From an uncultured virus (IMG/VR IMGVR_UViG_3300028601_000024) (Duplodnaviria > Heunggongvirae > Uroviricota > Caudoviricetes), in the IMG/VR virus record IMGVR_UViG_3300028601_000024: DNA of 64,000 nucleotides, one strand, 5' to 3'. Made by a program: the position numbers and the translations under genes. The stretch's first letter is position 1. Each line of letters opens with the position of its first letter. The notes under the pieces are model-generated. The model was not told the origin of the DNA, did not search any database, and saw only the letters and a list, made by a program, of their open reading frames with translations. Shown here in pieces: positions 30,134 through 39,885 of the stretch.

Positions 30134-30359
30134 TCAATATAGTATCATAATCGATATTAAAATCATTCTCGCTCTCATTATTGAATAATTCATCCAATTG
30201 AATTACCATAGCCTCTGCTTGACTGATTATTGTAGTAGCCGTTTTATCGAATTGTGCTTCTTTAAAAAATAATGCACTTTGTACTAAATGATGAATAGCT
30301 GTTTTTAATAATTCCTCATGAGACGGTTGCTCACTATATTCTAACTCTGGGTTTTCCAT
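30105..30359 (-). CDS. Small acidic hypothetical protein
   Basis: 84 aa between the two SPASM genes; AAAGGA RBS. Confidence 0.65.
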   Translation of the reverse strand: MENPELEYSEQPSHEELLKTAIHHLVQSALFFKEAQFDKTATTIISQAEAMVIQLDELFNNESENDFNIDYDTILNEILGSDEV

Positions 30360-30362
30360 AAA

Positions 30363-31397
30363 TTATCCTTTATATTGTTTTATTAGTTTAGGGTGTGTTT
30401 CTTTTAACAATCGCTTTACTATACTATGGACACCTTTGTATATATTACATACTTCTATAACAGGTCCACCATTCTTTATATTTTCATATAAACATCCTTT
30501 GGGGCATACATGTCTTATTTCGCAACTATCACATAAATACCCATATTGAATTACTTCTTTTGTTAAAGTAGGAAGCAAATGAGGTATTCTTTCAAATCTA
30601 ATACAAGGTATTAAATCTGATTTAGAAGTACTTGCATTTATAGTATGCCCTGCCCCGCATGTGCTTCTAGTATTTCCTTGAATTGTAAATTCAAAAATAT
30701 TATTAAGATGTGATCTAATCAAATCAGGCAAGGTTCCAAAATTCATAGTATTATTATTTACTTCATTTATTACAATGCTTGTCCATTCATCTAATTGTTT
30801 TAAAAATTTATCAACTTGTTGATTCGTCCAACTATCAATATCTTTTACTAATCCTATGGATATTGGACAATTAAATGATGTTAAATAATTATAATTCTCT
30901 AATAGGGTTATTGGTGAATCAAAGAAATTTCCTGATAATGTCCAATGCATCGAAAATGATTTATTAATAGAATGAAGATAATCAATGAATTCTTGTTTAA
31001 TTGGTTTTCCTCTATTATGTATTTGATGCAATCCATCATTACTAATAGTTAATTTAATCAATGGATGATTTATTACTTTTACTTTTGGATGAAAAATAGT
31101 CCCGTTAGTAGTGATTCTAATATTTTTACACAAAGGATCCTTCTGTAAAATATTTAATATATATTGTAATTCATCACAAAATAATAATGGTTCTCCTCCA
31201 TGGTAGTCAAAATTATATTCTTCTTTAGGAGCAAATTTAGAATATAACAGATCAAATCTTTCATTGTTTTGAACTACTTTACTTTTAACATCTACGCCGC
31301 AATAGGTGCATGCTAGATTACAATTTTCGCTAATAACATAATGCCAAGTCATATTTCTTTCCTTTATTATTATTTCTATATTAATATATTGTATCAT
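30363..31397 (-). CDS. Radical SAM/SPASM domain protein (peptide-maturase-like)
   Basis: CNLACTYC, HGGEPLL, TTNG, ISNDG; SPASM region CGAG...PC...CDSCEIRHVCPKGC...C. Start more likely MTWHY (~31350) after an AAGGA RBS. Confidence 0.92.
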   Translation of the reverse strand: MIQYINIEIIIKERNMTWHYVISENCNLACTYCGVDVKSKVVQNNERFDLLYSKFAPKEEYNFDYHGGEPLLFCDELQYILNILQKDPLCKNIRITTNGTIFHPKVKVINHPLIKLTISNDGLHQIHNRGKPIKQEFIDYLHSINKSFSMHWTLSGNFFDSPITLLENYNYLTSFNCPISIGLVKDIDSWTNQQVDKFLKQLDEWTSIVINEVNNNTMNFGTLPDLIRSHLNNIFEFTIQGNTRSTCGAGHTINASTSKSDLIPCIRFERIPHLLPTLTKEVIQYGYLCDSCEIRHVCPKGCLYENIKNGGPVIEVCNIYKGVHSIVKRLLKETHPKLIKQYKG

Positions 31398-31410
31398 CGA
31401 TGATATTTAC

Positions 31411-32110
31411 AAAACTATCACTGAAGATCGCAGTGAGTTAGTATAGGATATACTATATTAACTCTGTGCGATCTTTATCGATAAGGCTAATTGGTGTAAG
31501 TAATATAGAAATACACAATTTTATTTTTTACAAAACTATCACTGGTGATAGTTCTGAGTTAGTATAGGATATACTATATTAACTCTGTGCGATCTTTATC
31601 GATAAGGCTAATTGGTGTAAGTAATATAGAAATAGGAAATTCTAACTCATAAAACTATCACTGATGATAGTTTTATGAGTTAATATAGGATACACTATAT
31701 TAACCTTAAGTGATCACAGGTGATAGTTCTAAGTAATATAGAAATTGTCTATTTCTACTGATAACTTGCTTAAATAATATAACTAATTAAATTATTTAAG
31801 AATTGACCTATCACATGCGATCATTAGTTGAAAAACTAATTATATTATTTAAGAATCGTTTAATATTTAGATTATTAAATAATATAATTTAATAGGATTA
31901 GTATAGGATACAAAATCGGTATCATTCTCAAAATTTAGAAATACAAAAAATATTTTCCTGAAACATATATATTTGATTGCTCAAAGACGTGTTATATATT
32001 TCTATATTACTTGGAACTATCAAGTGTGATAGTTTTTGGTGCAACTTACTTCACTTTACAAATTTTTACTCATTTTTTCACAAAAACTATCACTTAAGAT
32101 AGTTTTTATT
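31411..32110. repeat. Non-coding modular repeat array with palindromes (copy B)
   Basis: ~120-bp units start at 31411, 31532 and 31651 (aaaactatcactg...). 18-bp perfect inverted repeat at 31643-31682. Degenerate aactatca/tgatagtt palindromes near 32016 and 32083. Confidence 0.9.
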
Positions 32111-32154
32111 TGATAGTTTATTAAAGATATCTTAAATGAATTTTGACACAAGAA

Positions 32155-32183
32155 TAGTAGAAGCTATATCTTAGCTTCTACTA
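32155..32183 (-). terminator. Terminator-like hairpin after tail fibre gene
   Basis: tagtagaagcta-tatct-tagcttctacta, followed on the minus strand by TTCTTGTGTC. Confidence 0.7.
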
Positions 32184-33909
32184 GTCCGTTACTTGAATCA
32201 CTTATAGCTATACCTATAAGGTCATAAAAACTATAGTTATTACGTTCGCTATATGGTACTCCTATACAATATCCTGCATTAATAGGATCGGGATAAATAC
32301 ACATACCTTTGAATATATATTGCTTTGTTTTAACAGGAATTCTCCCTTTCAAAGCTATATAAAGATAATCATCACCTTTATCATAATTTAATAATAATCC
32401 TGGTTGAGTACTAACTACTCCAGCAAGTGGTAATGTAGGATTATATAAAGTAACTTCTTTATTTCCTCCTAAACTTAGCACCGTCCCAGGGGGATAGTTT
32501 GAATCACTTTGATATTTTTCAGCTAAGTCGGCGTAAAGGGCAGCTGTAGCGGTTCCTACGAATTTATTAGCGTTTACTTCTCCATTGCTCCCAGCTGGTC
32601 CTCTAACATCTAAATGATTATTAATAATCATTTTTCCACCAAACTCACTAGTTCCTCCAACATCTAAAGTGTTATTAACTTCTAAATTAGTAACAGTTAT
32701 AGTATCTGTTACTTCCAGTGTTTTAGTTTTTAACTTATTAGTAAATGTACCGTTTCCTGAACTATCTAATTTCCAATTAAAATTAGTACTACTCGCACCA
32801 TTTACAATATCTCCTTGGCGCATAAGAATATCACCATCAGTAAGAGTTATATCTCCTTTACTCATATAGAGATTACTTGCATTTCCACTAGGTGAATTTA
32901 TATTATCTGCTGTATATCCCATAAAGATATGGCCGTTGCCTAAAACAACATCACCATTCTTTCCGATAAAGTTTCCAGTATCAATTGTTACATGACCATT
33001 TGTAACATCCATACCTGTTTCACTTAATATCTTTTTATTTACTTCAAGTGAATAAGTTGCCGCGGAGGGACTTATAATTTTTACAACACCTTGATTAAAT
33101 AATCCATCACCTTTATTAATGATTAAATTACCTTCTTGGCTGCTGATATCGCCTTTACCTGTTTTAATGTATCCATTAATTGTTTCTAATCCGGTAGTTG
33201 CACGTATAGCTTTATTAACCGTAATGCTATTAGTTGCGCTACTCGGACTAATAATATCTAATGTTCCGTCTAATATTTTAGCATTATTTTGGATATCTAC
33301 TGTTCCTGGAAAAATTGCATGTTTATAAATTGCATTTGTATCATCACTATTTCCAATTAGAATACTTGTTCCAGCGGGGTTAAGTGATAATATTTTTCCA
33401 CCTTTATACATGAGTTTTCGGTTTTCTACCCACATCCAATCTCTATCAGTTGGAACTTTAATATTACTATATTGCCCTTCTATTAGATTTCCTTCACTAT
33501 CATATGTTGGATCACCTACTGGTCCAGTAAAGTAATTAAGAGGTTTACGATGCATTAAATAAAAATCTTCTTCTCTTTTTAAATTGTTTCGACGATATTC
33601 TTTTCGCATCACTCCTAAATTAAACATATTGTTACTTAATTCAGTTAATATAAATTCTTCCATAACAGATAGATTAATTTTATCTTGAATAGTATTTGTA
33701 GTTAAATCACTTAATTTGTCATCTATTGAATTAATTGTTTGCTGATTTATAACCAAATATTGATGCAAATTATCATTTATTAATTGAACACTGTCTTCAT
33801 AATACTTATCAACAGATAATTGGTATTTACTGATTTCACTTGTCTTCTTAGCAGCATTAAATTGTTCAGCATTAAAGGTTGCAATCTCTTGTAATATTGT
33901 TTTACTCAC
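32164..33909 (-). CDS. Tail fibre/spike with C-terminal peptidase G2-type autocleaving chaperone
   Basis: Gly-rich beta repeats (GDI/GNL); YADLAEKY..D..YPPGTVL..GG.KEV...AGVVST.PG...IALKGRIPV. Confidence 0.8.
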   Translation of the reverse strand: MSKTILQEIATFNAEQFNAAKKTSEISKYQLSVDKYYEDSVQLINDNLHQYLVINQQTINSIDDKLSDLTTNTIQDKINLSVMEEFILTELSNNMFNLGVMRKEYRRNNLKREEDFYLMHRKPLNYFTGPVGDPTYDSEGNLIEGQYSNIKVPTDRDWMWVENRKLMYKGGKILSLNPAGTSILIGNSDDTNAIYKHAIFPGTVDIQNNAKILDGTLDIISPSSATNSITVNKAIRATTGLETINGYIKTGKGDISSQEGNLIINKGDGLFNQGVVKIISPSAATYSLEVNKKILSETGMDVTNGHVTIDTGNFIGKNGDVVLGNGHIFMGYTADNINSPSGNASNLYMSKGDITLTDGDILMRQGDIVNGASSTNFNWKLDSSGNGTFTNKLKTKTLEVTDTITVTNLEVNNTLDVGGTSEFGGKMIINNHLDVRGPAGSNGEVNANKFVGTATAALYADLAEKYQSDSNYPPGTVLSLGGNKEVTLYNPTLPLAGVVSTQPGLLLNYDKGDDYLYIALKGRIPVKTKQYIFKGMCIYPDPINAGYCIGVPYSERNNYSFYDLIGIAISDSSNGLVEAKI

Positions 33910-34120
33910 TTGATTCTCCTAATTTTGTTCGTCTAATACCTTGTATAAAAGTATCATTCTTTTCTATTTTATATAATATATCAATTAGATTATATTGTTT
34001 TCTGATTACTTGTAATATCTCATCTTTGGACATATCATCTATATTATTTAATATATTTTCAATATTATCCTCAATAGCATCTACCCAGTTGCATATCATT
34101 CCAAATTTTATATCATTCAT
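33902..34120 (-). CDS. Small hypothetical protein
   Basis: 72 aa, overlapping both neighbours. Confidence 0.55.
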   Translation of the reverse strand: MNDIKFGMICNWVDAIEDNIENILNNIDDMSKDEILQVIRKQYNLIDILYKIEKNDTFIQGIRRTKLGESSE

Positions 34121-34295
34121 TATTTGCTTCTTTTAATATTCTTAATTCACTTCTACTTAAAATATCATGTAAGAAGCTAATATATTTATATCTGATATTA
34201 CTTTCATGTTTAGTATCTTTAATTTTATCAACTGTAACAAAAAATGTTTTAAAATCTTGTTTTAATTGGTCTTTGGTTTGTTGGGATAATTCCAT
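34113..34295 (-). CDS. Small hypothetical protein
   Basis: 60 aa with AAAGGA RBS. Confidence 0.55.
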   Translation of the reverse strand: MELSQQTKDQLKQDFKTFFVTVDKIKDTKHESNIRYKYISFLHDILSRSELRILKEANNE

Positions 34296-34381
34296 AATAA
34301 TCCTTTAATATGTAGATGCATATTATGCACTTTATAAAACATTTGTTAATCCATATCAAATGTTTTAAAAAAGACACAAGA

Positions 34382-34405
34382 AAGAATAGGCATATGCCTA
34401 TTCTT
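34382..34405 (-). terminator. Terminator-like palindrome
   Basis: aagaataggcatatgcctattctt just after the stop of 34417..36180; followed on the minus strand by TCTTGTGTC. Confidence 0.7.
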
Positions 34406-34416
34406 AAATTTAATAA

Positions 34417-36180
34417 TTAGTTGATTTCACTTCTACGAATTGTTGCGCGTACGTTCAAAGCTTCAGTAAGATCAATTGTGACTGTTTCAGCTACTGGATC
34501 AATAGTAACAGCAACAATGCTATTTACCCATTTACCATCTTCACTAATCCATACACTAACATCAAGCATATCTGTAGCAAAACTACTAACATCAATAGTA
34601 TGAGTAGTAGCAGCAACTGTGCTAACATAAACCATAGTTTTAGTTAATTCAACAGTAGCATTACTTGTTGCAAAACTTGTACTTAATGCATCAATATTAC
34701 TATCTACTTCATTAATTGCACTTACTAAATCAGTTTTTACATCAGTAGTTAATTCAGTTAATGTACCAATGTTTCCATTGACTTGACCTTCAACTGTAGT
34801 TACACGAGTATCCAATGCATCTACATTAGCATCAACTTCGTTAACTGCACTAACTAAATCAGTTTTTACTTCAGTAGTCAAGAGTTCTAAATCACCAGTG
34901 TTACCAGATACACTGCTCTCTAATGTAGTAATTCTTGTATCAAGTGCTGTATCAGCATCTGTTAAATCAGATACCTTTGTATTAATTAAACCCACCAATC
35001 TTGCATAATTTGCATCATCTTTGATGCTTAAACGAGTTACTTCGTTTTGGAATTCATTAAATGTAGTAATTTTACCGATTTCTTCTACAACAGTGTCAAC
35101 ACCATTATATGTACCAGCTTTGATAACACCTGTTTGATCAGCTGCTTCATCAACTAGAGAATAATAACCTTTGATAGTACTAGTTGTATAAACTGTAGTT
35201 GATTTATCAGCTTCTTTCCAAACAACAATATCAGTTTCACCAAGGTTACCACGATTTACACCCCAACCAGCATCTTCTGTAGGAGCAATTAATGGATCTG
35301 CATTACTATTTAAATAAATTTTATTGTCTTCGAAAAGTACATTTTCTCCAACAATATTTAACGCCTCTCCCTCTTGAATTAAACGACCAGTAATTCTAAA
35401 ATCACCAGCTGCTGTTAACTCACTACTAAATGTTACACTACCAGCAACTGTTTGTGGATCAAGAGTTGTTTTACTTAATACTTCTGTGCTAATTAAAGAA
35501 CTACTAATATTTCCAACAATATCATACCAGTATTCTGATTCACCATCACTAATACGTTTATAAAGGGTTCCATCAGTAGTGTCTAACCACTCATCACCTA
35601 ATTTAATCTTATCTGTATAAGCTACGTCGAGCACAGGATCTGTTGCACTTTGTAAATAAAGTGTTTCAGTATATGTCTCTAATGCAACTACCCTAGTGTC
35701 TAAATCAGCATCAGCTGCTTCTCTAGCTGATACTTCGGTTGAGATAGCTTCACTTACTGTAGTTTCTAATTCTGTTTGCACATCACCTAATTCAGTATCT
35801 AATGTTAATAATGCATCTTTAATACTAGTTGTAGCAGCAAGATAATTTGACTCCACAGGAGCAACATATGATCCATCCGAAGCAAGTCCTGCACCTGTTT
35901 GTGTATTATCTAATTCTGTTTGAATCACAGTAGTTGTATCACTACCTGAATTAATTGCAGTTATAGCATCAAGTAATTGTTGCTCAGTTGCATAGCTTAT
36001 AACTCCAGCAGCTGTTGTAAATTTATATTTATCATCAGCGACGCTAAACCAAGCTTTACCTAAACCCGCAGTACTTATTACTGCTGCTTCATCAACGCCT
36101 GCAACGTTCTCAATTACGAGATTACGAATTTCTGCTCCACTTGCTAATTCTATCCCATGAAATTTTGGAAATTTACCCAT
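34417..36180 (-). CDS. Fibrous virion protein (tail fibre / whisker-like) with coiled-coil repeats
   Basis: Repeats LTT(E/D)VKTDLVSA(V/I)NEVD and LDTR(V/I).(T/A)(L/V)E; FEDNKIYLN...AGWGVNRG motif. Confidence 0.7.
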   Translation of the reverse strand: MGKFPKFHGIELASGAEIRNLVIENVAGVDEAAVISTAGLGKAWFSVADDKYKFTTAAGVISYATEQQLLDAITAINSGSDTTTVIQTELDNTQTGAGLASDGSYVAPVESNYLAATTSIKDALLTLDTELGDVQTELETTVSEAISTEVSAREAADADLDTRVVALETYTETLYLQSATDPVLDVAYTDKIKLGDEWLDTTDGTLYKRISDGESEYWYDIVGNISSSLISTEVLSKTTLDPQTVAGSVTFSSELTAAGDFRITGRLIQEGEALNIVGENVLFEDNKIYLNSNADPLIAPTEDAGWGVNRGNLGETDIVVWKEADKSTTVYTTSTIKGYYSLVDEAADQTGVIKAGTYNGVDTVVEEIGKITTFNEFQNEVTRLSIKDDANYARLVGLINTKVSDLTDADTALDTRITTLESSVSGNTGDLELLTTEVKTDLVSAVNEVDANVDALDTRVTTVEGQVNGNIGTLTELTTDVKTDLVSAINEVDSNIDALSTSFATSNATVELTKTMVYVSTVAATTHTIDVSSFATDMLDVSVWISEDGKWVNSIVAVTIDPVAETVTIDLTEALNVRATIRRSEIN

Positions 36181-36233
36181 AATAATCCTTATTTGTTTTA
36201 TATTCTATTTGTTTTTAATCATTCATGAACAAT

Positions 36234-36752
36234 TTACATTTTACTGATAAATATAGAAGGTTGCTCGGCTCTAGTGAAATTTATTTGAATATTATTATTA
36301 TCAAGAAATACAACATCAGCATAACATATTCGATAATATTGATCACCTATATCTTTTGTTCTAATTGTTATATTTAAATCCATCGAATTCAAATCATGTG
36401 GAATTACATGACTAACCATATATGCATCCGCAATATATTTTACACTATTGCTTTCGATCACAACTTGCCTAATACCATTATTTGTTATTTTAAAATCTGG
36501 AAATTCTACACTTACTACATCATTGAATTCATTTTTAAAACTATCAATTAATGTTAATAACGGTCGAGACTCTAGCATATCAAGTGTTAATTTATCTTCA
36601 CGAGTCATCAATCCATCATTATCGATAGTGGCTCCAACTAGTAATTCATCTAAGAATTTAGCTAATTGTTCAACATTTTCGATTCCAATTAGATTATTTT
36701 TGAATTGAGGAGTTAATAAAATTAATTTATCTATATATCTTTTAAATTCCAT
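36234..36752 (-). CDS. Hypothetical virion-associated protein
   Basis: GLMTREDKLTLD fibre-type motif; C-terminal H.L...D beta domain resembling the end of the neighbouring fibre. Confidence 0.5.
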   Translation of the reverse strand: MEFKRYIDKLILLTPQFKNNLIGIENVEQLAKFLDELLVGATIDNDGLMTREDKLTLDMLESRPLLTLIDSFKNEFNDVVSVEFPDFKITNNGIRQVVIESNSVKYIADAYMVSHVIPHDLNSMDLNITIRTKDIGDQYYRICYADVVFLDNNNIQINFTRAEQPSIFISKM

Positions 36753-37111
36753 TATAATTCCTTATTGTAAGATAAATATGTTACGATTATACTACCTGTT
36801 GTAGGTAGTATATTTAATGTTTCGGGGGATAAATCAATTGTGTTTGTTTGCAATTCTCCAACATCTTCAAAATAAATATTTAAAATATTACTAGGTAATG
36901 CTTGGTTAAGTACAATCTGGTCATTATTCTTTACATAATTTAATTGTTGACTTTTTACTGTTAAATTGTAAGCATTAGCGAATGTAGTGAATAGTTCACT
37001 AACACTTAAATCTTGAAGCTTTAAAGAATCAACTGCAGTTATTGGTAAACTACGATTCAATAAAGCCTCGATAATAGTTTTTGTTGTTATTTCAAAATTC
37101 TGAATTGACAT
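36752..37111 (-). CDS. Hypothetical protein
   Basis: 119 aa; TAATG coupling on both sides. Confidence 0.6.
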   Translation of the reverse strand: MSIQNFEITTKTIIEALLNRSLPITAVDSLKLQDLSVSELFTTFANAYNLTVKSQQLNYVKNNDQIVLNQALPSNILNIYFEDVGELQTNTIDLSPETLNILPTTGSIIVTYLSYNKEL

Positions 37112-39885
37112 TATTTCTCCAATACTTGGAAGCCAGCGGTTCTAAATACTATTTTACCCTCAGGATCCAATCCATGAACAGTTAATATGTAGCTTCCTAT
37201 ACCTAACTCAGGTGTTTTAAATTCCCAAGTGTGTTCATAAATATCAACTGGATAATCAACATTATTATATGTAACATATAAGTTTTCAATATTACTAACC
37301 GTTCCACTTAATGTTACAATTGACTCATAATTAACTGTTTTATAATCTAATGTGATTACTCCCTGGCTAGCATAATCACATGTTGTAATCACGTTATCAC
37401 TTAACCCATTATAAAAATCATCTGAGTCACAACCATATCTATATTCTTGTAATCTTTGATTACTTCTACCACCATCATCGAAATTAACATCACCTTGAAT
37501 AATAGGATCAATTCCAAACACTTCTGTTCTAATTCGATTATATTCTAAAGTGTATTGATTAATCATTGCATTATTATGATTGATTAATGTTTGAATTCGA
37601 TTAACTTCTTCGGCTGCAGCTAATTGCTGAACAATTGTTGATTCTGGGTGATTGTCAACATTCTCTTTATTTGTAACAGCTTTTGTTAAATCATTATTAT
37701 ATATTGGTACATAATAAAGTCTTCTGCGGAGTCGATCAGTAATATATGTGTAATTAAATACATTTCTTTGATATTCATTCATCATGAATATATCAAGTCT
37801 TAAACTTTCACTAGTGATAATCATTTTACTAGATTCTTGAATAATATTTTGCATTTCAACTATTTGCATTTGGAGAGTATCTATTATATCTAAATTATAA
37901 CTTAACTCATTCTCATGATATGCAATTAACTTATCAACATTTTGTTTCAAATGAATAATAATATGTCGCTCACTTCTTAGTTGGTTTAATTCTTCTGTGC
38001 GAGTTTTAAATGTGCTAATTAATTCTTCATTGGTTGTCATTAACCCGTTTATGTCACTTATAACATTTGCAATCTGAGTAGAATAATTTCCAACAGTATT
38101 GTTATTATCATTCATTAAATAATTTTCAAAGTTTTCTGTAACACTAGGAGAGTCTCCTAATTCGTATCTGTCTACAAGCAATCTCTTATTTATTATACTT
38201 AATCTATTGATATAATATTGTTCATTAAATGAGGTATTCTGAACTGTGCTAGTATTAATAGTTGCTTCATACTTAGTGATTATTGCACTTAATAAATTTC
38301 TAATATCATACACACCAGAATATTCTTGTAATTTAAGAATAATATCTTCTTGTTGAGTAGCACTAAATTTGCCCAATTCATAAGTTTCAGTTGAAATATG
38401 TTGTTCAATTAATTCAATATTTAAATTTTGTAATCGATAGCTTAATACTTTATAAACTGCTTGGATGAAAGCTTTAGGATTTACGGTATAAAATGTATTT
38501 ACAAAATTAAGTACATTATTATAATGATTAACACCGAGTCGTGAATCAATATAATTATTTCGTTCAATGTAGTGATTAATTTTAAAATTGTTATTATCTA
38601 TTGTATTATTAGAATCAATTACTAAATTATTAGCATCATATTCTCTTTTATATTCATCAAAATTTCCAAATAATGCTAGAAGATTTCCAGTACCGATTTC
38701 AACCGAGTGGTCAATATTAATAAGGATTTGATTACATGCAGTTGCATATCCTACTCTAACACTATTAGGATAAAATCTTGTACTAATCTGTCCACTTGAA
38801 TCACTTAATGTATAATTTTCAATAGTCATTGCTGGTTGAGTATCGTCGAATAAACTACAATCATCTCGGAGATAATAATGCTTACCTGGTTGCAGAGTAT
38901 TAAGTGTATGATCATTTGATAAATTATATTTTTGTGGATCAATTGTAATCATCCCACCAAATATAATTAAATGATTTCCTTCACTATATTCATTTAAATA
39001 AAGACCAACAACTTTAGCAAATTTTTGTCGACTAGCAATACTTCTTTCGTAGCATTTACTATCTTCATTATAATAACACATATCGCCACTTCGAAGATTT
39101 TGTCCAATCTTTGATTGATCAACATTAATAAAATTAGACTGTGTGAGTTCCATACTACTGTATACACTCTTAGCCTGTTTTGCAAAATTCTCAAAAAGTA
39201 ATTTATAATTTTGCATAAATAATTTACTTAAATATTGTGGATCAATTCCAGGTAGGCGAGTTCCGTCTTGTTCATTATAACTTCTAACAATTGTTCCTGT
39301 ATCATCTACAAAGAATGTTGCAATTACTAAACCAGGTCTTCCACTGAATTCAACAGTACTATGAATACCATCAAGGGAAACATCTTGAAATTTACAATCA
39401 ACGACATTTAAATCATCTTGTCTAGGAAATCTTAAATCATTGTATTTGTAAAATCTATATGTTGCTATCTCGTCTCTGTATTGTTCAATATAGTCATATT
39501 CGATTACGATCGCATATTTTGTATTTCTTAGAAAATGAGATTTATCAAAATAAAATAAGGTGTCTTCATGCATATCAATTAATTGATTATCGATAATACA
39601 TATACCTTTATTTATATAAAATAGATCATAAGATGTTTCAGTTGGTATATAATCTATTACTTCGTCTACATTTTTAAGATAATGAGTTATATTAAAACCA
39701 TTTACGTAACTAACAACTGTAGAATTTGTAGGTGTTTCTCTAAAGGCACTAAATGTTCTACTAACCATTCGTAAATAATCATTTGGCTTCCGATCAATTG
39801 CTCTCAATCCATGTTTTTGAAAAGTTCCTTGTTCTACCTGGTTTGGATTAATATAAACAATTTTTCCATTTTGTTCTGTTTTCAT
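37111..39885 (-). CDS. Large virion structural protein (coiled coil, Ig-like C-terminus)
   Basis: 924 aa in the structural region; central coiled coil; C-terminal TLSGT...WEF...LGIGSYILTV is Ig-like. Confidence 0.5.
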   Translation of the reverse strand: MKTEQNGKIVYINPNQVEQGTFQKHGLRAIDRKPNDYLRMVSRTFSAFRETPTNSTVVSYVNGFNITHYLKNVDEVIDYIPTETSYDLFYINKGICIIDNQLIDMHEDTLFYFDKSHFLRNTKYAIVIEYDYIEQYRDEIATYRFYKYNDLRFPRQDDLNVVDCKFQDVSLDGIHSTVEFSGRPGLVIATFFVDDTGTIVRSYNEQDGTRLPGIDPQYLSKLFMQNYKLLFENFAKQAKSVYSSMELTQSNFINVDQSKIGQNLRSGDMCYYNEDSKCYERSIASRQKFAKVVGLYLNEYSEGNHLIIFGGMITIDPQKYNLSNDHTLNTLQPGKHYYLRDDCSLFDDTQPAMTIENYTLSDSSGQISTRFYPNSVRVGYATACNQILINIDHSVEIGTGNLLALFGNFDEYKREYDANNLVIDSNNTIDNNNFKINHYIERNNYIDSRLGVNHYNNVLNFVNTFYTVNPKAFIQAVYKVLSYRLQNLNIELIEQHISTETYELGKFSATQQEDIILKLQEYSGVYDIRNLLSAIITKYEATINTSTVQNTSFNEQYYINRLSIINKRLLVDRYELGDSPSVTENFENYLMNDNNNTVGNYSTQIANVISDINGLMTTNEELISTFKTRTEELNQLRSERHIIIHLKQNVDKLIAYHENELSYNLDIIDTLQMQIVEMQNIIQESSKMIITSESLRLDIFMMNEYQRNVFNYTYITDRLRRRLYYVPIYNNDLTKAVTNKENVDNHPESTIVQQLAAAEEVNRIQTLINHNNAMINQYTLEYNRIRTEVFGIDPIIQGDVNFDDGGRSNQRLQEYRYGCDSDDFYNGLSDNVITTCDYASQGVITLDYKTVNYESIVTLSGTVSNIENLYVTYNNVDYPVDIYEHTWEFKTPELGIGSYILTVHGLDPEGKIVFRTAGFQVLEK

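Noticed and set aside
14453..31397. Known DNA hypermodification pathway (7-deazaguanine, hmC glucosylation)
   Set aside because: No recognisable QueC/QueD/FolE/DpdA or dNMP hydroxymethylase here, and the rSAMs carry C-terminal Cys clusters unlike QueE. Partners elsewhere in the genome cannot be excluded.
31411..31745. CRISPR array
   Set aside because: Units are ~120 bp and nearly fully repeated, with no unique spacers of uniform length; no cas genes in the window.
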